A DNA stretch of 64,000 nt from Gammaproteobacteria bacterium. GTDB taxonomy: Bacteria; Pseudomonadota; Gammaproteobacteria; Tethybacterales; Persebacteraceae. Position numbers and translations under genes: made by a program. The stretch lies in contig OZ244916.1 of NCBI GenBank assembly GCA_965221835.1, positions 654,477-718,476 on the forward strand. The letters run 5' to 3'. The notes below the pieces were generated by a model. It saw only the letters and a list, made by a program, of their open reading frames with translations, was not told where the DNA came from and ran no database searches. Below are positions 57,777 through 64,000 of this stretch, piece by piece; positions within the stretch are counted from its first letter, which is position 1; the number at the start of each line of letters is the position of its first letter.

Positions 57777-59090
57777 CTAATCGCGTTCTTCAACGAGGCG
57801 GAGTCCGGCGGCGATGGCTTGTTTGGAAAAACCGGGAAATGAAGTCGCGACATTGTCGCAATCGCGCACGATAATATCGCCTTTTGCGCGCAATGCCGCA
57901 ATCGCCATCGCCATCGCAATACGATGATCGCCGCGCGATTCTACTTCGCCTTTGTCAAAAACAAATTCGCGTTCGCCTCGTCCGTCCATTGTTAAGCCGT
58001 CTTCGGTTTCTTCGCATTCCACGCCCAGAGTGCGCAATCCGGCGACCATTGCGCCGATGCGGTCGCTTTCTTTGTGTCGCAACTCGCCCGCACCGGATAA
58101 TGTTGTTTCGCCTTTTGCGGCGGCGGCGGCAACCAGCAAAGCGGGAAACTCGTCTATCGCAAACGGCACATCGGCGGCGGTAATGTCAATTCCGCGCAAC
58201 TCGCCGCCCAATATGCGAATGTCCGCCACCGGTTCCGCGCCCATTCGCCGCGGATTTAAGATTTCAATGCGCGCGCCCATTCGTCGCAACAACTCCACGA
58301 CGCCGATGCGGGTCGGATTGATTCCCGTCTCGCGCAACAGCATTTCGCCGCCCGAAATTGCCGCACCGACCATCAAAAACGCCGCCGATGAAATATCCGC
58401 CGGCACGCCGAAACGGGCGGGCGACAACGCCGCCCCGCCGCAAACCGAAACGATATTGTCGTTTAGCGATACCGGTGCGCCGAAAACTTCCAGCATTCGT
58501 TCGGTATGATCGCGAGTCGGCAGCGGTTCTGCAACCGATGTTTCGCCTTCGGCACGCAATCCCGCCAGCAGAAGGGCGGATTTGACTTGCGCGCTTGCGA
58601 TGTCAATTGTGTGCGCCGTGCCGCGAAGTTTTGCGCCGCCGCCAATTTGCACCGGCGGCGTACCGTTTTCGGCGGTGCGAATGTCCGCCCCCATTGCCGC
58701 CAGCGGTTCGGCAACGCGCCGCATCGGTCGGCGCATTAGCGAAGAATCGCCGATTAGAGTTGCCGCAACTCCCCATCCCGCCGCAACGCCGCAAAACAAA
58801 CGCATTAAAGTGCCGGAGTTGCCGCAATCAATTTCGGCAGCGGGCGCGCGCAATCCGCCGCCGTCTACGGTGAGTCGTCCGTCTTCCCGTTCGCAAACTT
58901 TTACGCCGCATGCGCAAACGGCGTTGATGGTTGCGCGCACATCTTCGCTCATTAAAATGTTTGAGATTTCGCTTGTGCCGTCTGCAAGTGCGGCAAGCAT
59001 AACCGCCCGATGCGACACCGATTTGTCGGACGGTACGCGCCATTCGCCGCGCAACTCGCCGCCGGGTGATACGACAAAACGCACGGTCAT
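57777..59090 (-). CDS. aroA: 3-phosphoshikimate 1-carboxyvinyltransferase (EPSP synthase).
   Basis: The translation contains LRGEWRVPSDKSVSHRAVMLAALA. It is 437 aa from the internal ATG at 59090. Confidence 0.9.
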   Translation of the reverse strand: MTVRFVVSPGGELRGEWRVPSDKSVSHRAVMLAALADGTSEISNILMSEDVRATINAVCACGVKVCEREDGRLTVDGGGLRAPAAEIDCGNSGTLMRLFCGVAAGWGVAATLIGDSSLMRRPMRRVAEPLAAMGADIRTAENGTPPVQIGGGAKLRGTAHTIDIASAQVKSALLLAGLRAEGETSVAEPLPTRDHTERMLEVFGAPVSLNDNIVSVCGGAALSPARFGVPADISSAAFLMVGAAISGGEMLLRETGINPTRIGVVELLRRMGARIEILNPRRMGAEPVADIRILGGELRGIDITAADVPFAIDEFPALLVAAAAAKGETTLSGAGELRHKESDRIGAMVAGLRTLGVECEETEDGLTMDGRGEREFVFDKGEVESRGDHRIAMAMAIAALRAKGDIIVRDCDNVATSFPGFSKQAIAAGLRLVEERD

Positions 59091-59944
59091 TTTTCCAAAT
59101 CCTCGCGCCATCGCCGCCGCAATGCCCGCGCCGCCGAAAACTTTTGATTGAGCAATTCGCCATCGCCCGCGCGAATCGCCTCGTCCAATATGTCCAGTTG
59201 CCGCCGAAATCGCGCCGTTGCCGCCAGCAATGCATCGCCATTTTGCAGACAAATGTCGCGCCACATAACTGAATTTGAACCGGCGATTCGCGTAAAATCA
59301 CGAAATCCGCCCGCCGCAAAACGCAACGCCGATTCGCCTTCGGAATCGGCGCGCAACGATTCCATCAGCGCGAACGAAAGCAAGTGCGGCAGATGACTGA
59401 CCGCCGCAAAAACCGAATCGTGTTGCGCCGCCGTCATTTCCGTCACACGCGCACCGGTTCGTTGCCACGCCGATTTTGCAATTGCCGCAGCGTCCGCATC
59501 CGATTCCGCCGGACACATCACCACCCAGCGGTCGGCAAACAACTCCGCGAAAGATGCAGCAAAACCGCTATCTTCTCCGCCGGCAACCGGATGAGACGGC
59601 ACGAAACGCCCGGCTTTTTCGCCCAAATATTCCGCCGCAACCGCCGCCGCCTGCCGTTTGCAACTGCCGCAATCAAACACCGTTGTGCGCGGAGAAATAA
59701 CATCGGCGATTGCGGCGAAAATGTCGCCGAACGCCCCGACCGGCGTTGCGATAAAAACTTCATCGGCAACACAAACCGCCGCCGGTTCGGAATAAACTTC
59801 GTCCGCCGCACCCGCCGCCCGCGCCGCCGCCCGTGTTTCGGCGCAAATATCCGCGCCGATAACGCGCATTCCCGCCTTTTTGCACGCCCGCGCAAATGAC
59901 CCGCCGACAAGTCCCAAACCGATAACGCCCGCCGTGCGATTCAT
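59087..59944 (-). CDS. tyrA: Prephenate dehydrogenase.
   Basis: The translation begins MNRTAGVIGLGLVGGSFA (Rossmann fold). It overlaps the aroA start by 4 bp. Confidence 0.8.
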   Translation of the reverse strand: MNRTAGVIGLGLVGGSFARACKKAGMRVIGADICAETRAAARAAGAADEVYSEPAAVCVADEVFIATPVGAFGDIFAAIADVISPRTTVFDCGSCKRQAAAVAAEYLGEKAGRFVPSHPVAGGEDSGFAASFAELFADRWVVMCPAESDADAAAIAKSAWQRTGARVTEMTAAQHDSVFAAVSHLPHLLSFALMESLRADSEGESALRFAAGGFRDFTRIAGSNSVMWRDICLQNGDALLAATARFRRQLDILDEAIRAGDGELLNQKFSAARALRRRWREDLEK

Positions 59945-61047
59945 TGCGAAAAACTTTTGCGAAAACTTTTGAGTACGCGCAAAAAGCGGCGATTTTCTTC
60001 TTCCCGCCCGATGGAAACGCGCAACCATTCGGGCATTTTGTATCCCGCCAGCGGACGGATGATAATGCCGCCGTTTAACATTTCTTCGTAAATGTGTGCG
60101 GCGGCGGAACCGGCGTTAAAAGTGATGAAGTTTGCGCGCGAATGCAGGCGCGGAATTTTCATTTCGTCCAACGCCGCGCCAATTTGCGCCATTCCGGCGG
60201 CGTTTGTTTCCACGCTGCGGGCGACATGCGCGCGATCTGCAATCGCCGCAATCGCCGCCGTTTGCGCCGCCGCACCGACATTAAAAGGTTGACGAATGCG
60301 ATTTAACATCGCGACAACTTCCGCATCTGCAACGCCGAATCCGACTCGCAATCCGGCGAGTCCGTGTATTTTGGAAAAAGTGCGGGTGACCAGCACATTC
60401 GGAAATCCGGACGCCGTTATTCGGTCTTCGCCGTCCGTATATTCGCGATATGCCTCGTCCAAAACGACCAGCACATGCGGCGGCACGCGCGCTATCATTG
60501 CCGCGATTTTGTCGGGCGAATGCCAGCCGCCGGTAGGATTATTCGGATTTGCGACAAAAAGCAGACGCACATCGGGTTTCGCCGCCGCCGCTGCCAACGC
60601 ATCCAAATCGTGTTCGTAATCGCGGGCGGGAGCGACAATCGCGCGGGCACGGCGGGCGGCAACGGCAAGCCCATACACCGCAAACGAATACGCCGAAAAA
60701 ACCGCCGCATCGTTTTCCGTTAAAACGAGTTGCGCGGCGAGTTCCAAAACTTCGTTTGAGCCGTTGCCGACAATCACGCATTCCGGCGACACCGCAAGCC
60801 GTTCGCCGATAGCACGCCGCAATGTTTCGCCGCCGCCGTCCGGATAGTGCGATACCGCAGCAGGCGGCAACTCGCGCAACGCCCGCAACGCCGCCGCGCC
60901 CGCCCCAAGCGGATTTTCATTAGACGCCATTTTGACGACATCCTTCAATCCGCGTTCCGCCGCGACTTCTTCAATCGGTCGCCCCGGCTGATAAGGCGAC
61001 ATTTGCCGCACCGATTCCGCGACATTTTGCAACACCGGATTAACCAT
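59941..61047 (-). CDS. hisC: Histidinol-phosphate aminotransferase.
   Basis: The translation contains MASNENPLG and a PLP lysine region. It is 368 aa. Confidence 0.85.
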   Translation of the reverse strand: MVNPVLQNVAESVRQMSPYQPGRPIEEVAAERGLKDVVKMASNENPLGAGAAALRALRELPPAAVSHYPDGGGETLRRAIGERLAVSPECVIVGNGSNEVLELAAQLVLTENDAAVFSAYSFAVYGLAVAARRARAIVAPARDYEHDLDALAAAAAKPDVRLLFVANPNNPTGGWHSPDKIAAMIARVPPHVLVVLDEAYREYTDGEDRITASGFPNVLVTRTFSKIHGLAGLRVGFGVADAEVVAMLNRIRQPFNVGAAAQTAAIAAIADRAHVARSVETNAAGMAQIGAALDEMKIPRLHSRANFITFNAGSAAAHIYEEMLNGGIIIRPLAGYKMPEWLRVSIGREEENRRFLRVLKSFRKSFSQ

Positions 61048-61765
61048 ATTTTTGCAAAATCTGTTTGAGCATTTGCGGATTGTTATATGCGGCGCGTCCC
61101 ACAACCGCCCCGGCGATATTCGGATGCGCCGCCAATGCGCGAAAATCGTCTTCGTCACGCGCACCGCCTGATGCGATAACCGGACACGGCGACAGCCGCG
61201 CGACTTCGGCAGTCGCGTCCACATTGACGCCGCCCAACATTCCGTCCCGCCCGATATCGGTAAAAATCACCGCCGCAGGCGGATTCGCGCGAATCGCATC
61301 CAGCAATTCGCCGACTTGCATTCCCGCATCTTCGCACCAGCCGGCGACCGCGATGTGTCCGTTGCGGGCGTCTGCGGCGAGCATTATTTTTTCGGGAAAT
61401 GCCGCAAATATTTCTTCGCGAAATGTCGCATCGCGAATTGCAGCAGTGCCGACAATTGCAAATGCCGCGCCCGCATCCAGCACGCGGCGAATATCTTGCA
61501 TCGTCCGCAATCCGCCGCCGGTTTGCACTGTCGCACCGAATTCGGCGGCGGCGGCAATGACGGCGGCAACCGCCGCGGCGTTTTCGTCACCGCCGCTTTT
61601 AGCGGCATCCAAATCTATCAAATGCAAACGGCGCGCGCCGAGGGCGAAAAATCGCCGCGCCATTTCGGCGGGATTGTCGCCGAAAAACTCCGCCGATTCG
61701 TACGCGCCGCGCCGCAAACGGGCGCATTTGCCGCCGAGAATATCAATCGCCGGAATCGCCCGCAA
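61040..61765 (-). CDS. hisA: Phosphoribosylformimino-5-aminoimidazole carboxamide ribotide isomerase. The start is probably a TTG.
   Basis: The translation from the TTG begins (M)RAIPAIDILGGKCARLRRG, matching the HisA start. It is about 241 aa. The listed ORF over-extends. Confidence 0.7.
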   Translation of the reverse strand: MRAIPAIDILGGKCARLRRGAYESAEFFGDNPAEMARRFFALGARRLHLIDLDAAKSGGDENAAAVAAVIAAAAEFGATVQTGGGLRTMQDIRRVLDAGAAFAIVGTAAIRDATFREEIFAAFPEKIMLAADARNGHIAVAGWCEDAGMQVGELLDAIRANPPAAVIFTDIGRDGMLGGVNVDATAEVARLSPCPVIASGGARDEDDFRALAAHPNIAGAVVGRAAYNNPQMLKQILQKYG

Positions 61766-61769
61766 TCCG

Positions 61770-62234
61770 TTATTCCGCTTCGCGATAGCCGAGTCGCGCC
61801 AACTCCCGCTGAATTGCGGCGATATTGCGGCGGTGTTCGTCGCGGCGTTTTTGCAGAAATTGCCGCCGCCGGTCATCATCCGCGTTTTCCGCCATCCCGT
61901 TGAGACGCAACTCAATTTGTTTTTCGCTGCGCAATTCGTACAACAAAATATCCCCGCGTTTTTTGTCCATTTCGCTCTGCCGCCGCGATGACACTTTTCC
62001 GAATTTACCCGGCGAAGACGAAGACGCTTTCGGTGCGGCGGCGGAAGATTTTTTGACGGGTTTTTTGCCGCTAAACGAAGGCAACTCTTTGTACGACGAA
62101 GAACACTGTTCGGCGGAAGACACAAATCGCACTCGCCCGTCTTCGCCCTTGCATTGATACAACTGCGCCTGCGCCGCCCCCACCGCAAACAACACAAACG
62201 CGCAACCCGCGCAAATATTTCGTCCGTTTGTCAT
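61770..62234 (-). CDS. DUF4124-like periplasmic protein.
   Basis: A signal peptide (MTNGRNICAGCAFVLFAVGAAQA) is followed by LYQCKGEDGRVRFVSS. Confidence 0.55.
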   Translation of the reverse strand: MTNGRNICAGCAFVLFAVGAAQAQLYQCKGEDGRVRFVSSAEQCSSSYKELPSFSGKKPVKKSSAAAPKASSSSPGKFGKVSSRRQSEMDKKRGDILLYELRSEKQIELRLNGMAENADDDRRRQFLQKRRDEHRRNIAAIQRELARLGYREAE

Positions 62235-62246
62235 TAACCCGCAATT

Positions 62247-63803
62247 TTACACCGATTCCGCCGAATCAAAAAAAAGGGCGGCGGTGCGCCGCGCCGCGCC
62301 GACGACGCCGAAATCCTTGATAAACGCCTTCGCGTAGGATTTCCAGCCATTACGATAGTCGCGTCCAGTGCGGCGGATGAAAAAATCCATGTCGGCGGAA
62401 TTCAACTGCGCCAGCAACTCATCCTCGCCGATGGCGCGGTCTTTAATCTTAATCGCATAGCCCGAATAAAAAGTGTACTGCGGATCGGGGCATTTCATAA
62501 AATTCGGCGCGCGATTCATTCCCGAAGTCAGAATTTTGTCGCCCAAAGTTTTGTGCAGATTAATTTCGCGCCCGTACGCATACCACGGCGCACGCGCCGC
62601 GCCCTTGTCGCGCATCAGCAAACGCGGTTTGCGCGCCGAAAGATACGCGAATATTTTCGGAAATCGCGCGCGCAATTCGTCCTCCGGCAACAGCGGCGGA
62701 CGGCGCGCGTCCGTCATTTTGTACGGGCAAATAATAACGCGATTTTTGGGATCGCGCCCGCGCTTCATCACCGAAACTTTCAATATCGGCAAAACCCCCG
62801 CCTTTTCCAAGCGAACGGTGTCGCCGTCCGCGGTTTTGCAAACAAACCATTCGCCCTCTTCGCCGACGGTCTCCAAAATAAAAACATCGTCCGCCAGCGT
62901 TTGTACGCCCACGCTGATGTCGGCGATTTGTGCGAGCGGCGCGCCGCGGCGGCGAATGCTTTCCGTCCGCGCGTATTCTTCCCCGCCACACAAATCCCAG
63001 CGCGGCGCGTGCAGACGGTCACATTCCATCCGGTCGCAAAAGCGTATTTTGTCGCCGTCATAACGATATAAATCCAACGCCGCGCCGTCCGCGTTCTTGT
63101 CCAAAATGGTAATCAGTGAATAAGTCGTCGCGTTCGCAAAAACCTGATGTTCGCCGAAATCAATCAACGTTTGCACGACGCCCTCCGCCGCCAGCAATTC
63201 GCGCAACGGTTTTCCCGCGTCCGTCTTTGTAAAACCGTTCGGAGTGATATAACCGAGCCGCCCGCCAGCGTTCAACAGATTCAATCCCGCCTCAAAAAAC
63301 GCCATATAAATGTCGCTGCATCCCCGCGCCGCCGCCCGCCACTGCCGCGCAAGCCGCACGCGCGTTTCTTTCGGCAAATGTTGAATGCGGATATACGGCG
63401 GATTGCCGGCGACAAAATCAAACGCGCCGAAAAAAGGCGCGAGCGCGTTTTTGTCCGCGCCGTCCATTCGCCGCAAATTCCAATTGATATTCGCGCGCAT
63501 TCCGCGTTCGCGCAAAAGCGTATCCAACCGCGCGCGACATTTTTCCAAGGCGGCGGAATCCAAATCAAATCCGCAAACGCCGTTTTGCAAATCCCGTTTC
63601 AATGTTTTGGAATCACCGTGTTCGGAAAGAATTTTTTCCGCCGCGGCAACGAGAAAGTTGCCGTCCCCGCACGCCGGATCGCAAAGCGCCTTGCCGCGCA
63701 ATCCGCCCCCGCACAGACGCGAAAGAATTTCATCCACAATCCAGCGCGGCGTATACACCGCGCCATTCCGCTTTTGTTCGCCGATGTCGTTTCTCAACGG
63801 CAC
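62247..63803 (-). CDS. Gamma-class N6-adenine DNA methyltransferase (Eco57I/TaqI-like) with a C-terminal target-recognition domain. It has a GTG start.
   Basis: Motif X (VYTPRWIVDEIL), motif I (DPACGDGNFLV) and motif IV (VAGNPPYI) occur in gamma-class order. The start overlaps the stop of an upstream minus-strand ORF by 8 nt. Confidence 0.8.
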   Translation of the reverse strand: MPLRNDIGEQKRNGAVYTPRWIVDEILSRLCGGGLRGKALCDPACGDGNFLVAAAEKILSEHGDSKTLKRDLQNGVCGFDLDSAALEKCRARLDTLLRERGMRANINWNLRRMDGADKNALAPFFGAFDFVAGNPPYIRIQHLPKETRVRLARQWRAAARGCSDIYMAFFEAGLNLLNAGGRLGYITPNGFTKTDAGKPLRELLAAEGVVQTLIDFGEHQVFANATTYSLITILDKNADGAALDLYRYDGDKIRFCDRMECDRLHAPRWDLCGGEEYARTESIRRRGAPLAQIADISVGVQTLADDVFILETVGEEGEWFVCKTADGDTVRLEKAGVLPILKVSVMKRGRDPKNRVIICPYKMTDARRPPLLPEDELRARFPKIFAYLSARKPRLLMRDKGAARAPWYAYGREINLHKTLGDKILTSGMNRAPNFMKCPDPQYTFYSGYAIKIKDRAIGEDELLAQLNSADMDFFIRRTGRDYRNGWKSYAKAFIKDFGVVGAARRTAALFFDSAESV

Positions 63804-63805
63804 GA

Positions 63806-64000
63806 CAATTTTGCCGCCTTGTATTCGGTCAGTTTGACGAAAAGATTAATAAAATGTTCCAAACTCGCGTCTGTCTTTAGAAATTCTTTAATTTCCGGGT
63901 CAAATTCGGTTTTATCAATATCGGTCAGACGGGCGACTTTCCTGCTTTTGTAATTAATATCCACAAACACCAATCCGAACGCGTCCGGTTTATGCGGAAA
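63806..64000 (-). CDS. 3' end of an unidentified gene translationally coupled to the MTase. It may be the cognate restriction endonuclease or a specificity partner. It is AT-rich.
   Basis: An open frame runs from the window edge to the TGA at 63806-63808, giving ...DINYKSRKVARLTDIDKTEFDPEIKEFLKTDASLEHFINLFVKLTEYKAAKLSCR. GC content is lower than in flanking genes. Confidence 0.4.

Noticed and set aside
1-64000. Canonical Neisseria DNA uptake sequence (GCCGTCTGAA and its complement) used as a genus marker.
   Set aside because: No exact copies were seen by eye in this window, even though NIME/dRS3 repeats are present. The organism may use a DUS dialect, so the genus assignment is left at Neisseria-like.

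Overview
This 64 kb window is a chromosomal segment from a Neisseria-like betaproteobacterium. The genus call rests on abundant dRS3-type ATTCCC-N8-GGGAAT repeats organised into NIME-like arrays, and on near-identical NuoI, RF1 and Mpl proteins. Most genes are housekeeping: partial gltD, mpl, dnaQ, rnhA, gloB, nadE, tsaE-amiC-mutL-miaA, mutM, prmC, prfA, hemA, gdhA, mltG-tmk-holB-tatD-rmlA, gltB, proA, trkAH, lon, ftsB, eno, comEC, aroA-tyrA-hisC-hisA.

Several accessory insertions sit among them.

1. A type I-C CRISPR-Cas locus (cas3-cas5c-cas8c-cas7, then a 10-repeat array) lies between gltD and mpl. It has no cas4-cas1-cas2 adaptation module, the cas7 reading frame is broken, and the repeat is an unusually long 36 bp.

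2. Two paralogous genes encode a beta-class DNA methyltransferase (DPPF motif) fused to a C-terminal HNH nuclease. They sit in inverted orientation about 8.5 kb apart. One lies between hemA and prfA, where hemA appears 3'-truncated. The other lies behind a long structured leader.

3. A putative surface protein gene is preceded by twelve 21-bp tandem repeats.

4. A large membrane protein with Ser/Glu-rich acidic tandem repeats follows an orphan nuoI.

5. Two tandem lipoprotein paralogues are inserted between prfA and prmC.

6. A TaqI/Eco57I-like gamma-class N6-adenine methyltransferase sits at the 3' edge of the window, with an upstream gene whose stop overlaps its start.

Two tRNAs were found (Ser-TGA and Thr-TGT). 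Several small repeat families are present: a MITE-like element, a terminator hairpin duplicated identically, and a 68-bp tandem duplication. All calls come from reading the sequence and the ORF translations. No database searches were run.
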